Positions 49,114-59,495 of a DNA stretch of 64,000 nt are shown here, one piece after another (position 1 is the first letter of the stretch; every line of letters starts with the position of its first letter). Under the pieces are notes generated by a model. That model was not told the origin of the DNA and did no database searches. It was given only the letters and a program-made list of their open reading frames with translations. This DNA comes from Dehalococcoidia bacterium (GTDB lineage: Bacteria > Chloroflexota > Dehalococcoidia > Lucifugimonadales > VXLM01). Made by a program: the position numbers and the translations under genes. The stretch is from the NCBI GenBank assembly GCA_963662435.1, contig OY759598.1, positions 372,001 through 436,000 on the forward strand. Direction: 5' to 3'.

Positions 49114-51633
49114 CTAATGCCCAATCCCTAATTCGTGCATCCGCTTGTGTACGGCCTCCCACGCTTCCATGAATGGTCGCTCCAAGTACGCCATGTGATC
49201 CCCTTCGCCGTGGTGGTGGGTCGTCCTGGCTGGATGGTGCTGAAGCGTAATCTCGCGGATGTAGGCGATCGAGCCCTCGACCGAAGTCAGGATGTTCTCC
49301 GCCACCCGCTGGTCGAACATCTGCCACTCTCCACCGCACGAGACGTATATCGGCGACGTGTGCGCGTACACCTCGTGGCCGCTCGTTCCGAAGTCTATGC
49401 GGTTGTCAAAGTAGCCCGGGCCGCCGCACCGAGCCGCCAACCACGTATGCCTGTCCACCTCAATGTTCTCGCTCAATTCCAGCCGCCGCGTTCCCTGCCG
49501 TGATTCGGCGGAGGCTACAACGCGCCCACCGCTCAGGATTTCCAGGCTGTGGATCGGGAAGATGCTCTCAGCCCACGCCTGCACTTCGACCGTGCCGCCA
49601 CCCGAAAGCTCAACGGTGTCGCCGACCTCTCTGCCGTCCACCTTAAAGCCAATCATCGGGCCGCCGCTGATGAACGTCCGTCCCTTCGCCGCGTTGCGAC
49701 ACCAATTCTCATAGGTGAATTCCTCGTCTTCCGGGATATTGACGTACGTCCGGTGCCCGCCGACCGGGATGGAGCTGCTCATCTTGTCCGTGCCGCTCAC
49801 CATTGGCAGCCGGTACCCGCAGTTCAGGTATCCGTAGTAGTCCCCATACCGCTGAGAGGAGAGGTTCTTCATCTCAATCGCGTCCATCCGCCCGGTCGCG
49901 ATGAGCGTCGCGTACTCTCCGTAGGCACTGGGACTGTTGAAATGCGGATTGACGACGAACCCCCCCTGTGCGTGAGCGCGGTCAGCCCAGTCGCTCAAGT
50001 TCGTGTCCATCGTTCCGGCATGTTCCGCCTCACCGAGGCCGTCGCTGCACCACGGCATCACATGCTCCTTCAGTCCCCAGAGAATCATGTGTCCCAGAGC
50101 ATGCTGCCTGTTCTCCTGTCCCACGTACACGAAATTACTCCCGTCGCGCGACACGCTCGGCGCCCCGGTGAAGTCCTCAGTGTTGGTGAACAGGCTTCCC
50201 CATTGAGACTGCAGCAAATTGACCACGTTCAGGTCCTCGGCCTGTGACTCGCGGTGCGCCCCCTCCGGCGTCAGAAAGTGGACGTGGGAGTCCCCGCTGA
50301 ACCACCTCTGCGCGTTCATATTCGTCCATCGTTTCAATCGCAGGTTCAGCTGGCGCTGACCGGGACGTATCTCCACCTTGGTGCGAAGCGGCTCGTACTC
50401 GAACCCTCGAGACACGTCCACGATCGCCTCTCCCCTCGGCAGCCACCCCTGGCACGTGCCGTCGATGTAGGCATACGTGATCTGTCCCAATCGCAGGTCG
50501 CCGCCAACGTCTTTGTGCCACGTATCCAGATTGGAATTGACGTGATTGTGGAACCCGTGCGGCTGATACGGCACGCCGTCCGGCGACCTGAAGTGAATCC
50601 GGCACGGAACGGGCTGCCCCGTATCGTCGTCCACCACCGTGACGTTTACCCAGTTCTTGCCGGCATCGATCAGCTCGATCCGAGTCCGCTTTCCCACCGC
50701 CGAACCCTTGGATGCGATAGCGCCCCAATTTGCCCGTGCAACGGTATTCCCGCCCTGCTTCACGCTGAGCGTAGCCGAAGGTGTGGCCGATACCTCGACG
50801 TACGATGGACTGGCCGTCTCGTTTTGCTTCTCTCCCCAACCCTTGTTCGGACCAGAAAGGAATTCCTCCGCTGAGCCCTTCGGAAGGGGGTAGGCGTACG
50901 TCGCCTCTCCTCTGTCCACCTCCACTTCCACGTCGAACGGCTGTGACGCCAGTTCAAGATCCGTGAAGTCTATCCTCACCGTCCGGTTTGCCTCTCGATA
51001 GAGAGGGTGCTCGTCCTCATGGCCAAGGGTGATCGCGGCGATGATGAACGGCCCGCCCTTCGGAACGATCTCAATGGACTCGATTGCCGCGTCAGGATCA
51101 GGGTTCTTCCACGCCCACAGGTAGTACCACCTTGCGTCTGCCTGCATGGCCTCGGTCTGTCGGTTACCCGCGTCGCTGTACTCACCCTCATAGCGCGGAT
51201 ACAGTGAGGCCTTCATGTCCGGTACCGCTTGGTAAGGGGAGTATGGCGCTCCCGTGTACGTGCCGGCTTCCCACGGCGGCCCGAAGGCCGATATCTGAAA
51301 ACGCTCCCTTATGGAGACCGTTTCGGTGTCGCCCTTGGTAAAGTGAAACACATAGTCCGCGACGTGGTTGCCAACCTGCCCGCCTTCCGGCACGTCCGTC
51401 TCGAGAAGTCGGTGGGCGAAGATGACGTTCCGCGCAGAAGCTCCTACAGGTATTGTGACGGGACAGTCGCTATCGCCTAGCCGAATAAAGCAATTCTCGC
51501 CGCCGTCGCCGCCAACCTGAAACGGCAGTCCCCGGAACGTCTGCGCCCCAGTACTCGGCGGATCGTCCGAAGGCAGAGAATCCTTCCCCGCGTTGCATAG
51601 ATCCGTCAGGTCGATAGTCTCATAGTCCGACAT
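49114..51633 (-). CDS. CehA/McbA-family (PHP-like) metallohydrolase
   Basis: SRGFEY, WFSGDSHVH, AEDLNV, GQENR, SGTD, AHTSPIYV. Confidence 0.8.
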   Translation of the reverse strand: MSDYETIDLTDLCNAGKDSLPSDDPPSTGAQTFRGLPFQVGGDGGENCFIRLGDSDCPVTIPVGASARNVIFAHRLLETDVPEGGQVGNHVADYVFHFTKGDTETVSIRERFQISAFGPPWEAGTYTGAPYSPYQAVPDMKASLYPRYEGEYSDAGNRQTEAMQADARWYYLWAWKNPDPDAAIESIEIVPKGGPFIIAAITLGHEDEHPLYREANRTVRIDFTDLELASQPFDVEVEVDRGEATYAYPLPKGSAEEFLSGPNKGWGEKQNETASPSYVEVSATPSATLSVKQGGNTVARANWGAIASKGSAVGKRTRIELIDAGKNWVNVTVVDDDTGQPVPCRIHFRSPDGVPYQPHGFHNHVNSNLDTWHKDVGGDLRLGQITYAYIDGTCQGWLPRGEAIVDVSRGFEYEPLRTKVEIRPGQRQLNLRLKRWTNMNAQRWFSGDSHVHFLTPEGAHRESQAEDLNVVNLLQSQWGSLFTNTEDFTGAPSVSRDGSNFVYVGQENRQHALGHMILWGLKEHVMPWCSDGLGEAEHAGTMDTNLSDWADRAHAQGGFVVNPHFNSPSAYGEYATLIATGRMDAIEMKNLSSQRYGDYYGYLNCGYRLPMVSGTDKMSSSIPVGGHRTYVNIPEDEEFTYENWCRNAAKGRTFISGGPMIGFKVDGREVGDTVELSGGGTVEVQAWAESIFPIHSLEILSGGRVVASAESRQGTRRLELSENIEVDRHTWLAARCGGPGYFDNRIDFGTSGHEVYAHTSPIYVSCGGEWQMFDQRVAENILTSVEGSIAYIREITLQHHPARTTHHHGEGDHMAYLERPFMEAWEAVHKRMHELGIGH

Positions 51634-51832
51634 CCCCGATTACTCCTGGGCTTTGAATCCAGCTAACTCAGTCCCACACTCAGCGGGGCGCCGCTCAACT
51701 CCGATGCCTCAGACCCTTGAATGACCAAGAGCAGGTGCAATAGGTAATCCCGTTCACCCTTAAGCCTGTCGAAAGGTGGTAACGCCGCTCATGGTCCTAT
51801 GAGATCTGTTGGACTCCCTTCAGGAAGTTCCG

Positions 51833-53314
51833 TCACAGCCCCACCGGATAAGGGTTGTACCGCACCTCCACCTCGACCTCTTCGATCATAACGCTCCCCG
51901 TCAGTCCGTCGGGTCGACTCTCGAGTGATATCTCCAGCAAGTTCTCACCCATGTCGGGAACAATGTCGACCAACGCAAACTCCAGCCAGTGGTTTCGTGG
52001 ATTGGTAAAGGGGTAAGCGTCGCGTCCCTTCTTCCATACTCGCCTCATCGTTTCTCCCGCCAGCGACTGCCCATTGAGGATCACGTTGAACCTGTCTCCC
52101 GACACCAGGTTCGACAAATAGATGCGAAGAGTCGTTTCGCTAACTCTGCTGTCGCCTTCTCGGATGTCGTCGGCGATAGTGAACGGTATCTTGTGCGCCG
52201 CCGTCGGCAGGGGTGGGGAGAGCTCGTGCGGAATGTGGTGCCGGTAGTCCACCAGCGCGGTTGTGTCGTCTTTGCGCGAGACGACGTAGCGCTTGTCCCG
52301 CCCGTGAACGAGCTGTGGCGAACCCATATTGGTGAGAATATTCCGCTCCACGTCTCCCAGCGGCCAGTCCAGACTCCACGTGCAGAGTCCGTCCACACCC
52401 TTTTCCCAGTAGTTGGCCGCCGCTCCCCTGAATTCCTCGAGGGAAGCGAAGAGTCTCCCCTTTGCTCCAACGTTGTCGTCCTGCAGGTAGTGCTGCAGGA
52501 ATCCGTACACCGACGCCCCCGAATCGTGCGCGGGTCCGACAACCCAGTCGAACGGCATATTCGGGTCGAGCACGGTATAGACGTATGCCACAGGCACCAC
52601 GAAGTCCAACAGCCCCTCGGAAAGCCACGTCCGCACGTCGAGGCCCTGTTCGAGATTCCCTCGTTCCGTGGGAAAGATCCGTGCCCCGACCTCACAAGGC
52701 GACCCCGGTCTCGACCGAACCATCTCCGACACCTTCCGCACCCACTCGGTCATCGTCGCGTTGTTTTCCGGAGTCCCACCGTCCCTGAAGTAGAAGGACG
52801 GCCCGTCGCCAAAAGCTGCCGTGAAGTCCAGTTCCAGCCCTTGGATAGGATAGTCCATGACCAGCTCTCGCGATAGGTCGAACTTGAGGTCCTGAACGCG
52901 CTCTTCCGCCCAGCCGCCCCCGCCGTTCTCGAGCTCGGACTCCGGGTACATCCGTCCGAGTCGCTGAAGCCGGAGGTCTGCAAAGAAATCGATGCCGTGC
53001 ATATGCGCCCGGTCGATCAATACCTGCATCGGGTCGAGGCCACGCTCCATCAGGCTCAGCATGCACGCGGCCGCCCGCCATTCATAGTTATGCTTGGACT
53101 GCGGCTTCCCGTCCTCGACTGAGAACATCTTCCCGACCTTCGTCGGGTAGAAGACCCCGTCGCCACGCTCGACACAGTAGCTGAACGTGTCCACCGCCGT
53201 GCCCGCAACCTCGTCAATCGGTATCCAGGCGTCCTCGAGTCTCATGGGAGGTTCGAAGTACCACAGGTAGGAGTGCCTTGCGTCGTTGTGGTAGATCGTC
53301 CTACTTCGTCTCAT
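51833..53314 (-). CDS. Glycoside-hydrolase-like (GHL10-type) TIM-barrel protein, paralogue 1
   Basis: IYHNDARH, YPTKVG, DPMQVLIDRAH..G, GLELDF, G.DVRTWL.EG, GVDG. Confidence 0.7.
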   Translation of the reverse strand: MRRSRTIYHNDARHSYLWYFEPPMRLEDAWIPIDEVAGTAVDTFSYCVERGDGVFYPTKVGKMFSVEDGKPQSKHNYEWRAAACMLSLMERGLDPMQVLIDRAHMHGIDFFADLRLQRLGRMYPESELENGGGGWAEERVQDLKFDLSRELVMDYPIQGLELDFTAAFGDGPSFYFRDGGTPENNATMTEWVRKVSEMVRSRPGSPCEVGARIFPTERGNLEQGLDVRTWLSEGLLDFVVPVAYVYTVLDPNMPFDWVVGPAHDSGASVYGFLQHYLQDDNVGAKGRLFASLEEFRGAAANYWEKGVDGLCTWSLDWPLGDVERNILTNMGSPQLVHGRDKRYVVSRKDDTTALVDYRHHIPHELSPPLPTAAHKIPFTIADDIREGDSRVSETTLRIYLSNLVSGDRFNVILNGQSLAGETMRRVWKKGRDAYPFTNPRNHWLEFALVDIVPDMGENLLEISLESRPDGLTGSVMIEEVEVEVRYNPYPVGL

Positions 53315-53573
53315 GCGGCCCTCCTTCATCCGTCTTGCCCATTACCATACGCTCAGCCGTCTCCGCATCCCGAATTTTCACCCAGAGCGCGTAGTTGGAA
53401 CCCATCGAACTGGTGTAAGGCGGAAGCCCCTCGTTCTGCACCATCGCCCCTATACCCTCGCCCTTCAGTACGCCCGCCCACATTTCCGCCTCAGGTTCGG
53501 ACATCAGCCCTCCGATCCGCACCAGCCGGTCGGGGTCGTCCTTGAATCCCAGCAACGACAGCAGCCAGTCCAT
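53301..53573 (-). CDS. DUF2007-like small protein
   Basis: EAEMWAGVLKGEGI...LWV..RDAETA. Confidence 0.7.
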   Translation of the reverse strand: MDWLLSLLGFKDDPDRLVRIGGLMSEPEAEMWAGVLKGEGIGAMVQNEGLPPYTSSMGSNYALWVKIRDAETAERMVMGKTDEGGPHETK

Positions 53574-53577
53574 TGAG

Positions 53578-55041
53578 CTACCTCACAGACGGGTAGGGGG
53601 CATACTTGATTCGCAACTCCACCTGGTCGACCACGATTCCACCTGCCATGAGATCAGGTCGTTCGTCCAGCGAGATTTCCAGCTTGTTCCAGCCCCTGCA
53701 AGGCAGGACGTCCCGCAGGTGGAACTGCAGATCCAGCCCTCGCGGCGCGACGTGAGGAGTATTATGCGCAAAGTACCTCGTTACGGGCTCGTCACCTATC
53801 GACCGGCCGTTGAGCGTGAGAGTCAGCCTGTCCCCCATGATCAGGTTCATCATCTTGATGCTCAGCACCGCAGAGCTTACGTAGTCCGACCCGGCAATGT
53901 CGTCAGCTACATAGAATCGAATTGCGTACCGAACCTCCGGGTCGGCCTCCGGTATCGAGATGGGCAGCTGCCCGCCGTACGCTGGCGAGGTCGGATCGTC
54001 AGAACGCCGCAACACGAAATACGTCCTGTCCTTTTCCTCGATCAAGTCGGGGTCGCCCATCTCCGATAGGAACGCCCGCTCCATGTGCCCGTGCGGCCAA
54101 CTCAGGAACCACGAGTACAGGCCGTCCACTCCCCGCGACCAGAAGCTCGCCGCGGCCGCCCTCAGCTGCTCGATCGACGCATACACCCGGTTGTCCTGCC
54201 CCAGCGATACGTCCTGCGAGGGCACTGTCGGGTGGAGCATCCCGTACACCGACACGTCCTTTTCGTGCGCAGCCTCGATGAGCCAGTCCATCGGCATGTT
54301 CGGATCGAGCCTGTTGTACTCGTACATCAGCGGCACCACGAAGTCGATGATCCCCTCATTCAGCCACGTCCGCACGTCCAGCCCCTGCCGCAAGTTCAAC
54401 TCCTCTATAGGAAAGACTCGTACACCAATTGTCCCCCCGCCGTACCGGCTTCGCACCACGCCGGCAAGCTCCGCGACCCACTCCGTGATTACCGGTGTGT
54501 ACTCCTTCACATCATCCGGTTGGAGGAATGACGCGCGGCTCCCGTTGGCGATGGCAAAGTCCAGCTCAAGTCCGTCGGACGGATAGTCGAGCACGAGTTC
54601 TCGCGCAAGGGCCCCAAGGTGGTCCCTCACCTCCGCCTCGGCGAAATATCGCCCGCCATTGGCGACTTCCAGTCCAGGGTCGACGCCTCCGTAGCTCGCA
54701 AGCCGCAGGTCCGACCAGAACTCCATCCCTTTTTCATGCGCACGGTCGATCAGCACCTGCAGCGGATCGAGTCCTCGTTCCATCAGGCTGCCCATCGCGT
54801 GCCACGAATGCCAGCCGATGGAGTTCGTGAACGGCTGACTGTCCGAGCCGAACACCAGCCCCACCTTCGACGGGTAGAACAGACCGTCCCCCCGTGCCAC
54901 GCAGTAGCTGAACGTATCCACGGACGTACCCGCCACGTCATCGATGGGCCGCCATGCGTCCTTCATCCGCATCGGCGGATCATACAGCCACAGATAGTAG
55001 TGCCGTGCGTCGTTGTGATAGATCGTGCGTCGTCGTCTCAT
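53578..55041 (-). CDS. Glycoside-hydrolase-like TIM-barrel protein, paralogue 2
   Basis: Same motif series as 51833-53314. Confidence 0.7.
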   Translation of the reverse strand: MRRRRTIYHNDARHYYLWLYDPPMRMKDAWRPIDDVAGTSVDTFSYCVARGDGLFYPSKVGLVFGSDSQPFTNSIGWHSWHAMGSLMERGLDPLQVLIDRAHEKGMEFWSDLRLASYGGVDPGLEVANGGRYFAEAEVRDHLGALARELVLDYPSDGLELDFAIANGSRASFLQPDDVKEYTPVITEWVAELAGVVRSRYGGGTIGVRVFPIEELNLRQGLDVRTWLNEGIIDFVVPLMYEYNRLDPNMPMDWLIEAAHEKDVSVYGMLHPTVPSQDVSLGQDNRVYASIEQLRAAAASFWSRGVDGLYSWFLSWPHGHMERAFLSEMGDPDLIEEKDRTYFVLRRSDDPTSPAYGGQLPISIPEADPEVRYAIRFYVADDIAGSDYVSSAVLSIKMMNLIMGDRLTLTLNGRSIGDEPVTRYFAHNTPHVAPRGLDLQFHLRDVLPCRGWNKLEISLDERPDLMAGGIVVDQVELRIKYAPYPSVR

Positions 55042-55227
55042 ATTTCACGCACTCCCAATATCTACGGTGCGGCTCATTTGGGCCTACCGCGCTCGGCCCA
55101 TATACTACACGATGCACGTGACACTGGTGGACGCTTGATGGCAGGTGTCGAGCTGTCAGTCCATGTCAAAGCTTCACCCATATTCTCGATGCAGACGCTT
55201 CGACAATTGCCTGTTATGCTCTGCTTT

Positions 55228-55485
55228 GTGAGACCAACGCTTTTCCTTATCAACCGGCTTACGGAGCAGGTGCGCCGCGCTGCAGCTGTCCGCGGCATCA
55301 GAGTGAGTACCTTTACTTCCGGTTCTTGGGCCGATGCTTTGAAGCGTCGCGAGCTGCCGGAACCGCCTCCGTTCCGTTTGGTGACTGTCCGGGGTGTGCA
55401 CCCCCGCCCCGGCGTCGATCTCGATCGGACGGGGGCCCTTGAAGCAGAGGACGACGAGGAGCGGTTCAAGAATGTGCAACTCTGA
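55228..55485 (+). pseudogene. Eroded VapB/CopG-like antitoxin
   Basis: PFRLVTVRG..PRPGVDLD C-terminus; degenerate RHH-like N-terminus; no toxin downstream. Confidence 0.5.
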
Positions 55486-55503
55486 TTCCGGTATCATAGC
55501 GGC

Positions 55504-55659
55504 ATGACCGAAGATGACGCCCCCAAGCCGACCAAAGCCGAGCGCCGCGAGCACAAACGCCGGAAGAGCCGCCAGATGGGTGTGTCCGGCAAAAGCGTAC
55601 GCCAGCTTCAGGAGATTATCAGGCGTAAGGCGGAGCAGGCCAGCGACGAGAAGAAGTAA
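55504..55659 (+). CDS. Small basic hypothetical protein (51 aa)
   Basis: MTEDDAPKPTKAERREHKRRKSRQMGVSGKSVRQLQEIIRRKAEQASDEKK; stop 2 nt before the next gene; below the ORF-track cutoff. Confidence 0.6.
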   Translation: MTEDDAPKPTKAERREHKRRKSRQMGVSGKSVRQLQEIIRRKAEQASDEKK

Positions 55660-55661
55660 TC

Positions 55662-56453
55662 GTGAGCACGGCAGCAGATCAGCATTACCTCGTTGGCGAC
55701 CAGTACAAAGACTCGTCGAATCTCTCCGCACGAATCCGCCTCCACAGGCTCTTCAGCACGAACGGCTACGGCTGGCACAGGTGGATCTTCGGCCACCTGG
55801 CCGACCTTCCCGGTGATGCTCGAATTCTGGAGCTTGGCTGTGGCCGCGGTGACGTGTGGGTCGAGAACCGTGATCGCATACCGCCGGATTGGAGGATCAC
55901 CCTTTCCGACCTCTCGCCCGGGATGATCGAGGAGGCCGGATCGAATCTCAAAGTTTCCGGGAGACAATTCGATTACGAAGTGATCGACGCCCAGAGCATC
56001 CCGTATCCTGAAGCCACATTCGACGGCGTCTTGGCTAACCACATGCTCTACCACGTGCCTGATCGGGCGAAAGGCATCGTTGAGATACACCGCGTGCTGA
56101 AGCCGGGTGGACGCCTGTTTGCCGCTACGAACGGTCGGGACAATATGGCCGAGATAAAGGATTTGCTGGACAACGCCTCCCGTGCGAAATTCGATCGTCT
56201 TGCAGACCACTTCAGGCTGGAGGACGGTAAACGAGAGTTGCGGGAGGTGTTCCCAAGGGTAGCGGTTGACCGTTACCCGGACGCTCTACACGTAACCGAT
56301 GCCGGCCCGATCATAGACTACATCAACTCCACTGGGCGCAAGCTAAACGATCGCCAGGCATCGGAGATTCGCCGGCGCGTCCAGAATCGAATCAACTGCG
56401 ACGGCAAGTTTGTCATCCGGAAGACGAGCGGCATACTGACAGCGCGCAAATGA
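55662..56453 (+). CDS. Class I SAM-dependent methyltransferase
   Basis: ILELGCGRG, DLSPGM, ANHMLYHV, VLKPGG. Confidence 0.9.
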   Translation: MSTAADQHYLVGDQYKDSSNLSARIRLHRLFSTNGYGWHRWIFGHLADLPGDARILELGCGRGDVWVENRDRIPPDWRITLSDLSPGMIEEAGSNLKVSGRQFDYEVIDAQSIPYPEATFDGVLANHMLYHVPDRAKGIVEIHRVLKPGGRLFAATNGRDNMAEIKDLLDNASRAKFDRLADHFRLEDGKRELREVFPRVAVDRYPDALHVTDAGPIIDYINSTGRKLNDRQASEIRRRVQNRINCDGKFVIRKTSGILTARK

Positions 56454-56541
56454 GCGGATTGTTTTCACTTTTCGTTGTGTGGCGGTGTCTGTCATACTGG
56501 TGCTCAAAGTGAGCATCTCACAGTAGGCGAGTGACGCAGCC

Positions 56542-57336
56542 ATGATGAACCTCGCGAAAGCGATGACGATTGCCGGTTCGGACTCAGGCGGCGGGGCGGG
56601 TATTCAGGCCGACCTGAAGACCTTCGCCGCCATGGGCGTATACGGCACGTCGGTCCTCACGGCCATCACCGCCCAGAACACGCAGACCGTCACTGAGGTC
56701 GTAGACATGCCCGACTCCATGATCCGGTCGCAGATCGACGCTGTCGTCTCGGACATCGGCGCCGATGCCGTCAAGACCGGTATGCTCTCCAGCGCCGGCA
56801 TCATCGAGATTGTGGCCGAGAAGGTGACCGAGCATGGCATGACTCCCCTCGTCGTCGACCCCGTGATGGTGGCCAAGGGTGGCGCCAGGCTGCTGCGCGA
56901 GGACGCCGTCGATGCCCTCAAGTCCTTGCTACTCCCACTCGCGACCGTCGTCACGCCGAACATCCCCGAGGCCGAGGTCATCGTGGGCCGGAGGATCGAA
57001 GACATGGACGACATGCGCGACGCAGCAAGAGAAATCGTCGAATTCGGTGCTCGGTCAGTCGTCGTCAAGGGCGGCCACATGGAGGGTCCGGCGACCGACA
57101 TCTTCTTTGATGGGAGCGACATCAAGGCATACACCTCCCAGCGCATCTCGACCCATAACACGCACGGCACCGGTTGTACCTTCGCCTCGGCCATCGCCGC
57201 CGGACTCGCTAAGGGCAATTCCGTCCGCGACTCCGTGTCCGACGCCAAGAAATATGTCACGGAGGCCATTCGCTACGCCCCCGCCATCGGCAAGGGCAAT
57301 GGCCCCCTCAACCACTTTTACATGCTGCGTGGCTAA
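56542..57336 (+). CDS. thiD: Hydroxymethylpyrimidine/phosphomethylpyrimidine kinase
   Basis: IAGSDSGGGAGIQADLK, VKTGML, VDPVM, TPN..EA, HGTGCT. Confidence 0.95.
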   Translation: MMNLAKAMTIAGSDSGGGAGIQADLKTFAAMGVYGTSVLTAITAQNTQTVTEVVDMPDSMIRSQIDAVVSDIGADAVKTGMLSSAGIIEIVAEKVTEHGMTPLVVDPVMVAKGGARLLREDAVDALKSLLLPLATVVTPNIPEAEVIVGRRIEDMDDMRDAAREIVEFGARSVVVKGGHMEGPATDIFFDGSDIKAYTSQRISTHNTHGTGCTFASAIAAGLAKGNSVRDSVSDAKKYVTEAIRYAPAIGKGNGPLNHFYMLRG

Positions 57337-57369
57337 CCCGCCGACTCCCACCCACAACGGAGAACCGAC

Positions 57370-58323
57370 ATGGCCCTATACCTCACTGAAGAAGACGTCG
57401 CCGCAGTCCTCACCATGGACATCGCCATCGAGGAGGTGGAAAAGGGTTTCGTTCACCTCGCGGAGGGTAGGGCATTCAACTTTCCCCGCAACCGACTGCC
57501 CAACGGCAGGGGCTCCTTCAACTTCATGACCGCGACCGCCCCCGACCTCGGCGTCATGGGGATGAAGACCTACGGCGTCGGCCAGGGTCGCTCACGCTTC
57601 TACGTCTACCTCTACGACACCGACTCGACCGAGCTCATCGCCCTTATCGAGGCCAACGGTATGGGGCAAGTCCGCACAGGGGCCGCCAGCGGCGTCGCTA
57701 CGAAGTACATGGCCCGCGCCAACACAAGCACGGTTGGCATGATCGGCTCCGGCTACCAGGCCAGCACCCAGCTCGAGGCCGTTTGCAGAGTGCGAGACAT
57801 CACAAGCGCGCGAATCTACTCCCGCACCAAGGAAAATAGAGAACGTCTAGCATCAGTCTTGGAGCGGCGACTCGGCATCGACGTACGCCCAGTCGACAGT
57901 GGCCAGGAGTGCGTGGAAGGCGCTGACATAGTCAACGTCATCACCACGGCCCCGAAACCCGTACTTCTCGGCGAATGGCTGTCGCCTGGCGCACACGTCA
58001 ACGCCGCCGGAAATAACCACTGGATGAAGCAGGAAGTCGACTACGCGGTCGTCCAGCGTTCCTCGGTTCTTGTCGCCGACGACGTTGATGACGCGAAGAT
58101 CGAGTGCGGCGATCTCGTATACCCCATCGACCGCGGAATCACCACGTGGAACCATGTCCGAAACCTCTCCGACGTCGTCACCGGCCAGGTCGCTGGCCGC
58201 ACGTCCGATGACGACATTACCCTCTTCGAGTCTCAGGGGCTCGCCATCGAGGACATCGCCGTAGGCATCCGCATATACAATATGGCCAAGGAACAAGGAC
58301 TAGGCCGCGAAATGCCGTTCTGA
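57370..58323 (+). CDS. Ornithine cyclodeaminase/mu-crystallin family protein
   Basis: RTGAASG, IGSGYQA, PGAHVNAAG, FESQGLAIED. Confidence 0.9.
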   Translation: MALYLTEEDVAAVLTMDIAIEEVEKGFVHLAEGRAFNFPRNRLPNGRGSFNFMTATAPDLGVMGMKTYGVGQGRSRFYVYLYDTDSTELIALIEANGMGQVRTGAASGVATKYMARANTSTVGMIGSGYQASTQLEAVCRVRDITSARIYSRTKENRERLASVLERRLGIDVRPVDSGQECVEGADIVNVITTAPKPVLLGEWLSPGAHVNAAGNNHWMKQEVDYAVVQRSSVLVADDVDDAKIECGDLVYPIDRGITTWNHVRNLSDVVTGQVAGRTSDDDITLFESQGLAIEDIAVGIRIYNMAKEQGLGREMPF

Positions 58324-58433
58324 AGCAAGCTTCTCGGAAAGCGACGCTTTCGTGCCATCGAGGCCTATTACCCATACGCCCTGAGCCTATCAAAGGGAGC
58401 CTGTCCAAAACCACCAACGAAAGGGAACAAGAG

Positions 58434-58862
58434 ATGCTGGGTCAAGTCCACGATCACATTGTCAGCGAACTTGGCGAGAGCAGTCGCACGGACACCATCT
58501 TCGTGCTCACCGCCATTGTCTTCAACCTCATCGTCCTAGCTGTCAATTTCGGCGTGGCCACGGAAGCCGCGATGGAAGGGGACGCTGCCACATACGACAT
58601 CATTCTGGCCGTATTCATCGTAATGACGGTTCTGCTCAACATCGTCGCCGTGGCAGCACTGGCCATGGGCAGGCGGAACCGTCGCATACTTCTCGGCGGA
58701 CTCGTCGCCATGTACCGCGACAACGACGTCGACAAGTACTACGATCCGTCCCTGATGTCGAACTACGGTGTACGCTACCTTCTCTTCGCCGGGGTAATAG
58801 CGACACTGGCAGTCACGGCAATCGTCGTTCCCCTAATCATCCGCTTCACCGAATCGGCATGA
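58434..58862 (+). CDS. Hypothetical 3-TM membrane protein
   Basis: Three hydrophobic segments; MY.D..V.KYYD motif. Confidence 0.75.
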   Translation: MLGQVHDHIVSELGESSRTDTIFVLTAIVFNLIVLAVNFGVATEAAMEGDAATYDIILAVFIVMTVLLNIVAVAALAMGRRNRRILLGGLVAMYRDNDVDKYYDPSLMSNYGVRYLLFAGVIATLAVTAIVVPLIIRFTESA

Positions 58863-59053
58863 TCGCAACGTGCGACAACCGGCTCGCCGCCAGTGCTAAA
58901 GGCGGCCAGCGAAGGTTCGCTCCAGGAAGTTCCCTGCAAAGCCACTCTCCCGTTCGCGAGAGAGGGTTGGAGTGAGGGTCCATGAGGGCGGTGAGCGTGA
59001 ACACGGCTTATTCAAGCAAACTTAGTAGCAACAAAATATAGGAGTATCGAAAA

Positions 59054-59425
59054 ATGGAACTAGGCGCATTTTCAATCAGTTTGGCTGTAAAGGACCTCGA
59101 AGCCTCAAGGTCCTTCTACGAAAAACTCGGCTTCGAGGTCGTGGGAGGCGACGCCTCCCAAAACTGGCTGATTCTCAGGAACGGCGATCACACCATTGGA
59201 CTCTTCCATGGCATGTTCGAGCAGAACATCCTGACCTTCAATCCCGGCTGGGACAAGTTTGCCCAACCCCTCGACTCATACACCGACGTCCGCGAACTCC
59301 AGCGTCATCTGAAGGACAACGGCGTTGTCCTACAGACGGAAGCCGACGAGAACGGCTCCGGCCCCGCCAGCTTCGTGGCAGTGGACCCCGACGGCAATCC
59401 GATACTTGTCGACCAGCACGTCTGA
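59054..59425 (+). CDS. VOC/glyoxalase family protein
   Basis: [21 protein letters not shown]. Confidence 0.9.
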   Translation: MELGAFSISLAVKDLEASRSFYEKLGFEVVGGDASQNWLILRNGDHTIGLFHGMFEQNILTFNPGWDKFAQPLDSYTDVRELQRHLKDNGVVLQTEADENGSGPASFVAVDPDGNPILVDQHV

Positions 59426-59447
59426 GAGAGTTTACCAAGGTAAAGAG

Positions 59448-59488
59448 TCTCTCCCCCGTCGAACGGGGGAGAGATATAGAGAGGGGGC
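59448..59488. repeat. REP-like CTCCCCC...GGGGGAGA...GAGAGGGGG unit
   Basis: Hairpin between convergent genes; related units near 58945-58980 and 60878-60912. Confidence 0.6.
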
Positions 59489-59495
59489 TTGCGCC

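Noticed and set aside
56454..56541. TPP riboswitch before thiD
   Set aside because: Only GGTGCTC...GAGCATC hairpin; the CTGAGA and ACCTGAT core motifs are absent.
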